Positions 20,953-31,975 of a stretch of 64,000 bases of DNA are shown one piece after another. Every line of letters begins with the position of its first letter. The first letter of the stretch is position 1. The notes beneath the pieces are model-generated. The model did not search any database and was not told the DNA's origin. It saw only the letters and a program-made list of their open reading frames with translations. A program made the position numbers and the translations under genes. The DNA is taken from positions 3,612,907 through 3,676,906 of the forward strand of contig CAVNZM010000001.1 in NCBI GenBank assembly GCA_963693365.1. Direction: 5' to 3'. This DNA is from Amoebidium appalachense (taxonomy: Eukaryota; Protista; Ichthyosporea).

Positions 20953-21955
20953 AAAAAAAAAAACACCTACTCTCGCCCCCAACAGGTACACTGCTAACCC
21001 AAAGAAGCTAGACGGGGGACTAAAAAGCGCCGGCGGGAGGGTGGGCTAGAGAGAGCAGCGACGGGGAACAAAAAGTGAGGGTGATTTAACCATCACCCGC
21101 TTTTTATAGTACCCTAAAAAGCTGCTACTGTGCCTATTGGATGATCACTTCGATCTCCCAATATGGCACTACTAAGTTTAGAAAATCTGGATTTTCCCAA
21201 ATCAACATCGGATTTTCAACTTAGGTTGCTAGCTATGTCCATAATTCTGCCAACTACAAGCTTATATAAACTTGAACATTGCTAAGCCAATTCACCTGCG
21301 GACGCGGGCGGCCGGGTGGCACCCTGCAACATTCCGAAGTAGAGCCAGTCGTCGGCCGTAGGGATGTGGCCGAGGCCGTAGTGGGACACGGGGGTGCGGC
21401 TGCCAAGCTGCCACACACCCAGCCACGACACAAACGCCTCGTCCACAAGAAGGGCACGGCAGGCGCCCACCAGGCCAAGGCGCAGGCAGTGCCACGTGAC
21501 GCCTGCAGCCTCGCCGGTGGCGAGCACCCCCACATGGCGCAACTCGGCGCGCAGCCAATCGTTTCCCACTTTGGGTGACGCTTTGGGCACGAGCAGCGCA
21601 GTAGTACTACGGGAGGGTAGAGCTGCCAGCATGTGGTGGAACGCCAACGCACACACCGCCGGAACGACTCGATGCCGTACGTGTTGGAGTGCAGACTTAC
21701 GCTCACTCCACAATATGTGTATGTTAGCTTTACAATTGGTTCCGTGTACACAGACACACGCTGACACTCGATCACCACATGCACATCTGCATAGTTGAGG
21801 AATGTTGCCAATTGTGTTTTGACTGCAAACGATTGGTTCACTGGTCCCAGAGATCTCTAAATGAAAGTAACCAATCCGATTAGCGCCTGGCATCCGGATT
21901 ACATTCCAGACTGCTGCCCCACGGGTATATAAGCCACGTCTCTGCCAGGTGCAGA

Positions 21956-22109
21956 CATGGAGTTAAGTCATGGAGTTCAGTCATGGAGTTCAGTGATGGA
22001 GTTCAGTCATGGAGTTCAGTCATGGAGTTCAGTCATGGAGTTCAGTCATGGAGTAAAGACATGGAGTTCAGTCATGGAGTTCAGTCATGGAGTTCAGTCA
22101 TGGAGTTAA
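21956..22109 (+). repeat. 13-bp tandem array (CATGGAGTTCAGT) x ~12 in the 5' LTR
   Basis: Head-to-tail units without spacers; the same variant pattern recurs at 22767-22920. Confidence 0.95.
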
Positions 22110-22766
22110 CACACTGAAAGCAGTAAAAAACGGGTCAGCGCCCAAGCGCGCCACGACGACCCTAGTCACAGCGGACTCTACTTCCAACAGGGTTATGGGC
22201 CCAGACACGACACCGCGGCCTCTAACTTCACGTCCCCTACGACGCCTTGAACGGAGGAGCCCAGAAACCGACTTCTAGGCTGTACCCTACACCCGCGAGC
22301 GTATTTCCGTGAAGTAGAGACTTTCGCTTCCACAAACTCCATCCGCAGCAGCCTGCGACATCAACGTCAAGTATTCCACTTCATTGGCGGGGCACGCACC
22401 ACAGTGGAATGCACACCCCGGTCTACCCTGCAAGCAGCCACACTCACTCTCTCTTCTCTAGTGGTGTGTACACTTCTCCAATTGGGTAGGGGTGTTGGAG
22501 TGCAGACTTACGCTCACTCCACAATATGTGTATGTTAGCTTTACAATTGGTTCCGTGTACACAGACACACGCTGACACTCGATCACCACATGCACATCTG
22601 CATAGTTGAGGAATGTTGCCAATTGTGTTTTGACTGCAAACGATTGGTTCACTGGTCCCAGAGATCTCTAAATGAAAGTAACCAATCCGATTAGCGCCTG
22701 GCATCCGGATTACATTCCAGACTGCTGCCCCACGGGTATATAAGCCACGTCTCTGCCAGGTGCAGA

Positions 22767-22920
22767 CATGGAGTTAAGTCATGGAGTTCAGTCATGGAGT
22801 TCAGTGATGGAGTTCAGTCATGGAGTTCAGTCATGGAGTTCAGTCATGGAGTTCAGTCATGGAGTAAAGACATGGAGTTCAGTCATGGAGTTCAGTCATG
22901 GAGTTCAGTCATGGAGTTAA
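22767..22920 (+). repeat. 13-bp tandem array (CATGGAGTTCAGT) x ~12 in the 3' LTR
   Basis: Same sequence as the array at 21956-22109. Confidence 0.95.
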
Positions 22921-23965
22921 CACACTGAAAGCAGTAAAAAACGGGTCAGCGCCCAAGCGCGCCACGACGACCCTAGTCACAGCGGACTCTACTTCCAACA
23001 GTACGGGGGGACGGAGAACTTTCCCCCCTGCCTGCTTCAAGTTGATAGCCTGAAAGGAGAGGGTGACATGGGCAAGGCCCTCGGCACTGACTGGGCCGAC
23101 GACAACATCTTCTTCGCGGAGCGTAGACACTGAACCCCACCGAAGGCCAAATAGGTAGCTGGTAGCCACGGCCCCCAACCACCGGGCACTGTCGCCTGAC
23201 GTGTGCCCCCACTGCAACAAGCCGGACCGGGTGAACCAGGGGGCGTCGAAACGAGACAACTCCGCTGGCGGGGGCCGAACTTTGAGCACTGTGGACGAAT
23301 AGGACTTCTTGACCATGGCGATGGTGGAGGCGTCGACATATGGCAGACGCCAGAGCTCATGCACCTTGCGCAGGGCGGAAAACTTGCTGTCCAGACTTAG
23401 AGGTTCGTACCCTTGTTTGAACAGGTCGGCAGCATAGGCCAACAGGCACGGTGCTGGACGATGTCGGCCACGGCTGCAGACGGTTGGCGGCACAAAATTG
23501 GACGTATCGATACACATCTGACTGATAGACTCTCTGGCAGGTCTTGTTGCTAAGAAAACCCTCCAGCAACAAACTGGCCTCGGCCCGAGCCCCTTCCGGC
23601 ATAGAGGCCACCACAGCTGCCTTCCACTCCTGGAAGTTGCCCAAGGCAGGGGCCTGCAACGGGCCCACCCTGGCAGCACCGGTGTTGGCGCCGGGGCAGC
23701 CGGGCCTGGCCGGGGGCGGAGGAGGGAGGGTAGCAGCTGCGGGGGCCGGCTGTGGCGGTTCGGGCGCGGGGTCTGGCTGGTTGTTGACTGGCCCTGGCTG
23801 CGGCGCAGGGACGGGCCGGCGTTGGGCCGGCACGGGCGGATAGAAATTTTTAGTAAACGCATGCAACATGATTTAATAGTATTTTCCCCACACTAATGTA
23901 CAGTATTATACAAGAGGCGACGAGCGCACTGCCCGCCGCAAGTGCCCCGGCCAACTGGCCGGGGG

Positions 23966-24016
23966 TGACATATACTAATCCATCTCAGCAGATCAGCCTA
24001 AGTCTACGATCGGGAT

Positions 24017-24049
<33 letters not shown>

Positions 24050-24688
24050 CCACAGATCATCAAGATCAAGTCCGGGGCCTCAAGATAGCTGTACAGCTGC
24101 GAGCATCTTGCCTCTGCCGGCGCAGGGCAGGACCCCGTCAGCTGGAGCAGCCAACCAATAGAATTCTAATTAGTGTGTAGGATAGATCATAGGAGGACTT
24201 TGGAATGTGATAAGTTCGAGCAGAAGCCCAAATTGTAAATATTGGCAAGTTTTGATAGTGTATGCTGCCAAACGTATTTATACTTCGGTGTATAGGAAGG
24301 AGTAGAGGAAGGGGGGGGGGGGGGGGGGGGATAGTATGAAATGTAGAATTAGACTCTGCGGTGCCACTAGGGGAAGGGAGAGGGGTGAGACTTAGATATT
24401 TATATTAGTGTGAGCCGATCGACTTAGCTCGTGCAGGCGCACGATAGAGTTAGATCGGAATGTATGGAATGTGGCATCGTAGGGGGCCAGGTGATGATGA
24501 TCTTGTAGGGCACGGCCTTGATGGCCTCAGTTGTGACTTAGCTGGATTCCGTACGGATCTCAGTTTTGCCCGTCGGAGCCTGGTCTTTAATAAACTTTAC
24601 CGTTTTTCTGTACACGTTCGTTCCTTCCCGTGTGGGTACACTTAGTAGAGTGCCGCGTCTCTTAGTACACGCACGGTAGGATACGACA
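23966..24688 (+). mobile_element. Solo LTR, family 2, copy A (723 bp)
   Basis: TGACATATAC...GGATACGACA termini (TG..CA), 5-bp TSD GGGGG on both sides, AATAAA at ~24589; homologous end to end with 24739-25454. Confidence 0.85.
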
Positions 24689-24702
24689 GGGGGTGCGGCC
24701 CA

Positions 24703-25910
24703 CTACTGCCGCGAGGCACCGCCGGTCGTCATGCCGGCTGACATATACTAATCCGTCTCAGCAGATTAGCCGAAGTCTACGATCGAGATCGGGGGGGGGG
24801 GGGGGGGGGGGGGGTGGCCCGGGTCCACAGATCATCAAGATCAAGTCCGAGGCCTCAAGATAGCTGTACAGCTGCGTGCATCTTGCCTCTGCCAGCGCAG
24901 GGCATTGGACCACGTCAGCCGGGACAGCCGTCCAATAGAATTCTAATTAGTGTGTAGGATAGATCGTAGGAGGACTTAGGAATGTGATTGTTCGGGCAGA
25001 AGCCCTTTTGTAAGTATTGGCAAGGTTTGATAGTATATGTTGCCAAACGTATTTATATATTTCGATGTAGAGGAAAGGGGGGAGGGAGGGGGGGAGAGGA
25101 TAGTATGAAATGTAGATTTAGACTCTGCGGTGCCACTAGGGGGAGGGTGAGGGGTGAGACATGGATAAATATATTAGTTGAGTAGATCGACTTAGCTCGT
25201 GCAGGCACACGATAAAAGTAGATCGGAATGTTTGGAATGTGGCATCGTAGGGGGGCCAGGTGATGATGATCTTTGAGGGCACGGCCTTGATGGCCTCAGT
25301 TGTAACTTAGTCTCATTCCGTACGGATCTAAGTTTGCCCGTCGGAGCCTGGTCTGAATAAACTTTACCGTTTTTCCGTACTCGTTCGTTCCTTTTCGTGT
25401 GTGTACACTTAGTAGAGTGCCGCGTCTCTAGTACATATACATTAGGATACGACACCTGCGGCGCCCCCGCTGGGGGGAGGCCCACGGCCCCCTGCCCCTT
25501 TTCCGTCCATGCCCCCCGGCCACGTGGGACACCACCATTGCTGCCACCGCACCCCCTGGCACGCTGCACAGGCTGAGCTCGGCCTCTTTCTTTCTTGCTG
25601 GTAAGTCACACGGTCGCCTACCAGGTTGAGGATGTCGCCCACCATGCGAGGCTCCATGTCAGGTTGAGCCGCCGCCGCAGGTGGGTAGCTTCGTCTTCGT
25701 CGGGCAGCCGCGGCATTGCAGCCACGGCGTTGTAGAGATGCAGGAGGGCGTTGCCCACGCCCACGGCAAACTCCACTTCTTCACGGACCGCCTGGCTGAG
25801 TTCACTGCGCTCAAACCCTAGGTGCTCAACAGGGATCGGACCAGGCCCGTTGCTGAGGGAGTCCTCCACCACGAACCGGGCAAAGCCGCCGAACTTCGGC
25901 AGGGTGCATG
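24703..25910 (-). pseudogene. ORF1 (gag-position) remnant of the YR element, frameshifted and interrupted by solo LTR B
   Basis: TLPKFGGFARFVVEDS...ELSQAVREEVEFAVGVGNALLHLYNAVAA...LRRRLNL, frameshift at ~25658, then MEPRMVGDILNLVGDRV. The Gly/Arg-rich tail reads through to GGASRQ* at ~24703 once LTR B is excised. Gag identity is inferred from position only. Confidence 0.55.
24739..25454 (+). mobile_element. Solo LTR, family 2, copy B (716 bp)
   Basis: Same termini as copy A; near-TSD CCGGC/CCTGC; many substitutions relative to copy A. Confidence 0.8.
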
Positions 25911-26719
25911 GTTACAGTTACGAAAGCTTGGAATTGCACCATGAACTGAAGATCATAACACAAACTGAAAAGATCTTACCTAATGTAGATACTACGTACT
26001 ACAACATTCTGTGTGTGTATGTGTTGATGCCACACAGTTATGATACGTGCGTGCATTTCGTGCGTGACAGTGTGTGTGTGGGTACCGAGTCCGAGCTTTA
26101 AGACTGGATGTGTGGACGCGCAGGAGGCGGTTACGTATACGGTTGCAGGTGTCTAGACCTGGGTACCGTTCGTGCGCGCTACATGATACCTCGCATGTGT
26201 GACATACAGGCACAGGGAGAAGATGTTTTCCCTCAGGGAGAAAGATGCTCTCCCTTTAGCCAGGCTACTTCTCGAAGGCTGACAGAACCCTTGCACTTAG
26301 TAACTATTTGCGTGCTAATGGGATAAACATCACCTTTCTTTTATGCATCACACTACTAACACATTCCCTTGGCAATCTACTAGGTTTCGGGCAGAACTCC
26401 GAGAAATAGCTAGCCGGGCTAACTAGAGGGGGAACGTGTTTACGAGCGTGTGGTTTCTTCTCTCTGAAGCCGTCTTGCACACAACATCGTTAGCAATTCA
26501 TGCCAGTGCTCCCGAGCATTACATGTTCCCTTGTTTCTATTGTTTTTGGAAAAGAGAACCTTGAAGTGTGCAGGACCGCTGATGTTCGACTAGGGTCATC
26601 AGCCACCCGTGAAGGAACAAAGGGGTAAAAAAGGAGGGGGAAAAAAACCTCGTATGCCATGATACAAGGGACCGCCTTTGCGCGCCTCTTTGCGCTGCGC
26701 AGAAGTTGCCGCGTGTCAC

Positions 26720-27320
26720 GCATAGCAAATTGCGGCAGATTCAATGATTTAGTCGCATTTGACTGGTGTATTCATTTCATATGTGTCAATAGCATTATAA
26801 AGGTCGACCCTAGTCGAATATCAGCGATTGAAGATATAATACATGCACAAAACAGCATCATGGGCAGTGAGCAAATTCCTAAAAACCGAGCTAAGTATGA
26901 CGTTACGTATTATACACTTTTTGTATATTACGCTTAATTTACCCCTTTTTGCCCTCCTCCGGGCAAAAATGCGGATATATCGGTATTATATACTTTTTGT
27001 TATAATACCGATGCCGGGGTTAGGTGACATAGTTGCCAAGAACATGATGGATTGGATGAAAGTGGCTCCCCAATGAAAACCCTCCAATATAGAGTGTACT
27101 GATAGTCTTACATCAGATACCCCTACTTGTGCCATGCGTCATTTGAGTAGACTAGGGTAGACTATAGACCGGTTTAGAATTTTTTTTTTTTTCAAATTCT
27201 GCCTAACCTTACTGTATATTGTTCACCGGAACAATTCGAATCTTGTGATTGGTTGCGCCAAAAGTAAGGGCCAAGGTAAGGGCCGCTCAGGCGGTGACAG
27301 GCCAAAATCTCAGACCGACA
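26720..27320. repeat. Diverged dispersed repeat, inverted partner of 18290-18850
   Basis: See 18290-18850. There is also a 13-bp perfect inverted repeat TTCGACTAGGGTC (~26585) / GACCCTAGTCGAA (~26806). Boundaries approximate. Confidence 0.5.
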
Positions 27321-27943
27321 GCCTCTCAAAAGCAGTTAGGCCCCGATTTTATTTAGAAAGTTGGTTTTCTTCCCATAAGAAAAAGGTTTAGGAAATAAAA
27401 AGGCGCGCAAAAATGAAATAAGCAGTCGGGGTGCTCCGACAACGCCTACATCGCTAAAATCATCAAAACCCGTCTTGCAATAGCCTCTTACCACCTTGCC
27501 TCGAGGTCGATCGTCTATGATGAAATTGTGGTTTTTGCCTGTTTTCGCTACGAAATGGGCGCCGGACACCCCATGTTGCTTATACAAGAATTGCTTGTCG
27601 CTTTGTTTATCAAGTTATTTATTAATGGAGTTAAACCCCTTTTCTATTTAAATTATTGATTTTAAGCATTATAAGCAGGATTTGGTATATGACGGCGGAT
27701 CACTCAGCCCTTCACCAGTTCGGCTGGCTGGATCTCCCTAGAGCGAAGCAAGCAAATTGAGATTCCTAATTAGTAAATCTAAATGGGTCTATCCAATGTG
27801 GACCTCCAGCTTCACTGCATGTCACGTTCATACATCGTCTAACCCTCACACCCTTTTCACACCCCAACGACCTCGAGCAACAAGTACTCCGGTTATTTTG
27901 TTGCGTTACAGCAGTTGAAAGCTCGAGTTTCAACGTAGGAGAG

Positions 27944-29060
27944 ATGGCTGCGGCGCTAGCTGGGCACACATTGGGCTCAGTAAGCCTGAAGGCAGGAGTA
28001 CAACTAATATCACGTAGAGGGTTTTTGTGTGCTTGCCAACGGGGAAGTTCGTTGTTAGGGGGGAATAAGGCGCTCTCTACCCTTTCGGGAGCACAGTCTA
28101 GACGTATTCTAGGAGGGCAGCAGACAGGGCTGAGACCGCACCAACTTGTGACGACAAGAATGTGAGTGCTGACGCTCCTAAGAACTTTATAGTGCAAGTA
28201 AACGGGCAAGGGGGCCGAAAGAAGGGGGGTGTTAGAGGGTGTTAGAACGGGTTGGTTTTGATGGTGGTGGTGGTGATGGGGGGTAGGGAGGGAGGGGAGA
28301 GGACGGGGGGTCGGACGGGGGGAGGGCAAATAAAATTGTGGTGGTATGTGTGGAGAGCAGTGGCTTACAAGCATTCACCAATGAAAGGGTGTGTTGTGAT
28401 GTCACGACAGCATATTGCTGATGGGTCAAGGGCAGATGGGTTGGAGGTGTGCTGGGATGTGGCTGGTGGGGGGGGGGGGGGGGGGGGACGGGGGGGTTGA
28501 AATAAGAAGGGAGAGGTTTGGAGGGGGATGTTTGAAATATAAAGGGGATTGAAAGGAGGGGGTCAGGAAGGGAGGGGGGAGGGGGAGGGGGCGGGGGCGG
28601 GTGGGGGAAGGTAAGAAGGAAAGTGGGGCATCACTTGTAATAGAGAGGAAAGCCTGTGCTATCACCTGCGCCCGGCGTGTGGGTCTCTAACTGCTGCAAA
28701 CAGAGACTGGACTAGCTATGAGTAGAAGTATGTGCGTTCACAGGGAAGTTTTGACCTCTGGTGTGCATATCCCAAATTGCTTGCATGATTCCTTGCACTT
28801 CTCGTTTTCACCCTTAGCTCTACTACTTTTCATCTTGTATTTGTAAGTTTTATTCGCTTCAAGCCACTCGCAATTGAATAATTGACCATGAAATTTGTCA
28901 ACTACAGGATGTCCACAAAAATACCGTTTGAGAAGTACACCTTCAACTGGTGGAAGGAATGGGCCATCATCTTTGGCGTTTTTGCTGTCACAGGGAGCTC
29001 ATCTGTCTATGTGACTAGACCCCTCGTGCACCAAATATTTGGCCTCGAAGGTACACACCC

Positions 29061-29094
<34 letters not shown>

Positions 29095-29633
29095 TTCCCC
29101 AACACAAACACACACATCCCACCGTTGTTACGTGTCACTTTTATAGCCAGATGTATTTTGTACTTTGTGAACCCGTGCACCCCTTTTGCCTCTTCAACCA
29201 CCATTTAGGTAAACGTAAACGTGTTCACGTGCTTTTCCCACCTTGGTGTTTGTCTTCGCCACCTACTTGGACGAGGCAACAGTAGAGTTATCATGGGAGT
29301 CTGTTTAACGATCTTGGCCATAGGCCATCCTCCCCCCCCTCTCCCGCGTGCTCTCCCTCCCCTTCTTCATTCTTCCTCCTCCCCCTCCCTCTTTCAAACA
29401 CACACGCACATGCACCCACCCGCCTGCACACGCCACACTAACTACTGCCGCCACCAGGCTCTTTGAAAGAGGGACCATGGAGCTTCCGTGCGGCCTATCT
29501 CTGTACAACGTTGCCGGCATACTCAATCATGCTGGTCACGTTCGGCACCATATGTGGAAGGGGGCCATATTTCCGCTCAGTGGCTGCTCGTATGTGGGGC
29601 AGATTGATACCTCCCCTGAAGAAATATATCTAA
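27944..29633 (+). CDS. Small membrane protein, DUF6787-like, with a mitochondrial-type N-terminal leader; 3 exons, ~178 aa
   Basis: Exons 27944-28161, 28908-29050, 29458-29633, phase-consistent (537 nt). WAIIFGVFAVTGSSSVYVTRP and LPAYSIMLVTFGTICGRGPYF resemble DUF6787, recalled from memory. Exon 1 is Arg/Ser/Leu/Ala-rich with no acidic residues. Confidence 0.8.
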
Positions 29634-30299
29634 TTTCTGGAACGTGTTGCTGGTGGGTGCCGTGATCTGTGGAGCGAGACCAAAGCTGTCTCAAAGGTGA
29701 CCATTCACGCAAACAGACACACAAGCATTTTTCGTATGCACGTAGAGGCTAACACTATTAGAAGAGGTGTGTCTTGAGCAGTATCTTAGCTTCCTCGCTA
29801 ACTGATGAGTTCTTATGGCAAGTGGCAACCATACATTCTTCACCGTTATCTTAGTAATACCAGAAATACCCACAGAGACTTTTTTTTTTTTAACGTTTTG
29901 TATATGCACCAAGAAGCAAGTGGCATTTTCTTCCACATTTTGTATGCCACTTGTACACGAGCACTTTATGACTGTAAACGTTGGGAGTTGTGAACAGACT
30001 GTGGACTCTTGATAGGTAGCGTAGTTATGTAGTAATGGCATCTTTACCTTGAACAATAAATGATGAATGTGGAATTTTGAAAAAACTGTGTAGAAGGTGA
30101 AGTGGAAGCCGTTTTGCTTAAATTCTGCGTCTACGTGGAAGAGGCCAAGCATTTAGTGCAACAGAGAATGGTCAAGGCCACTGATATCGATCATAATCAT
30201 TGCACAACCATGTGACCCAGTCTCCTTGGTTTGCCGCCTCTCCCTCCCTCCTCCCTCCTTTCCAGAGTATTGATGAGGGGACAACACTTCTGAATCGTG

Positions 30300-30650
30300 G
30301 TTTTGTTTGAAGCTCATATGCTAAGCAACACCCCCCAGAGGCAGTTAGATCTGGAACCTGGATGCCTGGGTCCGTGCTTGACCGAGGCTGAACATAACGA
30401 GGTTGCCCAGGGCCTCGATCGTCCCCAGGAGAGGTTGCATGATAGCCCTCTATAGATCCTTAGGCTTGCACGTGTGTTTGCTTGTGCTGCGCAGTTCTGG
30501 AAGCCTTCACATGCATCTGTGCTTGCACAGGTAGTCTCTCCCTTTGTAACCACAGCCCCCGGATCAGGTTGCCTTGCTATGGTTGCTTACCGCTTTTATT
30601 ACAGTGCACTTCACGTGTTGCCTTGTCAAGTGCTGCATGCCTGTTTTTGA
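30300..30650 (-). pseudogene. Possible decayed transposase fragment (SWIM zinc-finger-like, MULE-type)
   Basis: Minus strand reads SGKQP*QGNL, a frameshift, then CGYKGRDYLCKH, resembling the SWIM CxC...CKH signature. Multiple stops are present. Confidence 0.25.
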
Positions 30651-31975
30651 TACAGGTCACTTTGTTGCCCTCTAAAGCTCATACGTATACAGGACTGCCC
30701 TACGTCTCTCGTAACTGCTGGGTATAGGCTGTGGCGGAAGCTCGTTTCTTCACACACGCCACCCCGGTCGGACCTGGGGGTCGAGGTTCTATGGTTACAA
30801 GAGATTTTTCTAAATACCCGAGAAGGCTAAATAGCAGCACTACGTATACGCATAGACGAAGCTGGCAAAAAAAACCCCTAGAAAAAATAACCCTTCAACA
30901 AACAAACCAACACCAGCTCCTCCGCATTGTCGAAACTTTGCAGCCGCGGCTGTAGTCACCTCAAGGCCTCCTAAATAGCACACCCTTGAGTCACCTGGCC
31001 GGCCGGCGCCGCGGCGCGCCCGTCTGTTTGGATCCGGAATGCGAATCGTACCATCTGCTTGAAAGATTTCGATTGGAGTTGCGGCGGATACGGGGGCTTT
31101 TTGTTGACAGCCGTCGATTGGCTCGATGTGAACACATGTGGGCTATCATATACGGTGGCATATTATCGATTACAGTGAACTCCTTTCCTGGGAGATTTTT
31201 CACCTTTACAGAGCATAAAGTAGGTAGTCTCAGAACTTTTTGAAGCAATATACAATTAAGTGGTTTCTACTGTCAAAATCATGTTTACTAAATGAAAGGC
31301 TTGTTTCCTCTTTTTCTGACGAAACCACGTGGATTCTGCAGAAGAATTTTCTTCGAAGGCACTATTTGATAGGTTAAGGGTCACATATGGTTGAGAAGGC
31401 GCGCAAGAAAATAATTCTGATTGGCCTCGCATGTACCTCAACATCTCGCTGGTTGGTCTGGCCTGAAGATATGTCACGCGGCCAAAATACTACGCTATAT
31501 TGCGTACGGGTTTGTGTATTAAAAAGTTTGCACGAATCATGTTGTGTTAAACAGAGCTATATATAGCTATCGATTGTTACCGAAATCTATTACTCTCTAG
31601 ATACTACGTACATGCACATTCGAAAATTATCTTACGCTAACGGAGTGTTGTTCCATCGTTTTTGCAGCCGCTGTTGTGTGTTCCAGAGACGTCAGTACAG
31701 GCCTATCCAGAGAGGTTTTTTAACATAGAAAAGGCCAATCTATCATTTCTTGATGCCTCTTTTGGGATATAATAGCGTTTAGAACACATAGACAAGCTGG
31801 TTAAAGCCACATACAGGCAGTGTTCATTAGCATCTTGCCTCTGCTGGCTCTGTCAGTCCACACAGTCACAACGTAGGCCCCCAACATGCGCTATTGTTGT
31901 ATGAGTACTTGACCACATCAGCAGCGTAGATTTCACCTTTCTAGGCCCTAAAAGGGGCCGTGTACTATATTAAAC

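Larger units (their letters stand above)
21682..23000 (+). mobile_element. Non-autonomous Ty1/copia-type LTR retroelement (TRIM-like), 1319 bp
   Basis: LTRs 21682-22189 and 22493-23000 (both 508 bp, TGTTGGA...TCCAACA, no differences seen). 5-bp TSD GTACG (21677-21681, 23001-23005). PBS GGTTATGGGCCCAG (22191-22204). PPT GGGTAGGGG before the 3' LTR. The 303-bp internal region has a frameshifted RNase H-like remnant (INVK..FHFI). Confidence 0.93.
21282..23869 (-). pseudogene. Tyrosine recombinase (DIRS/Ngaro/Crypton-type integrase), disrupted by an LTR-element insertion and one frameshift
   Basis: N-terminal core-binding segment (FLSNKTCQRVYQSDVYRYVQFC), one extra base at ~23446, then FGLRWGS (catalytic R) and NLKQ (candidate K). 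Removing 21682-23000 plus one TSD rejoins the frame (RPPV-RHRVV) to VTWHCLR (HxxR), LGVW (W) and SHY (Y). Confidence 0.85.
21282..25910 (-). mobile_element. Degenerate tyrosine-recombinase mobile element (ORF1 + YR; no RT visible), hosting three nested LTR insertions
   Basis: GC-rich coding-like backbone that is continuous once the three TSD-flanked insertions are removed. Termini not identified. Confidence 0.7.

Noticed and set aside
21956-22109. CRISPR-like array
   Set aside because: The 13-bp units are head-to-tail with no unique spacers, there are no cas genes, and the array lies inside a eukaryotic LTR.
22444-22704. Duplicated ORF MPGANRIGYFHLEISG... (also the N-terminus of the 21282-21893 ORF)
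   Set aside because: It is an antisense reading of the LTR and is duplicated only because the LTR is.
25260-25358. Box C/D snoRNA (TGATGA...CTGA) in solo LTR B
   Set aside because: The CTGA is absent in copy A, and the 3' strand of the terminal stem lies before the putative D box rather than after it.
23966-25454. A single TRIM made of two LTRs plus a 50-bp internal region
   Set aside because: The outer flanks do not match, each LTR has its own duplication, the spacer has no PBS/PPT, and it reads as host ORF1.
25911-26486. Possible further solo LTR truncating ORF1 (ends ...ACAACA)
   Set aside because: No matching TG start with a TSD and no second copy in the window.
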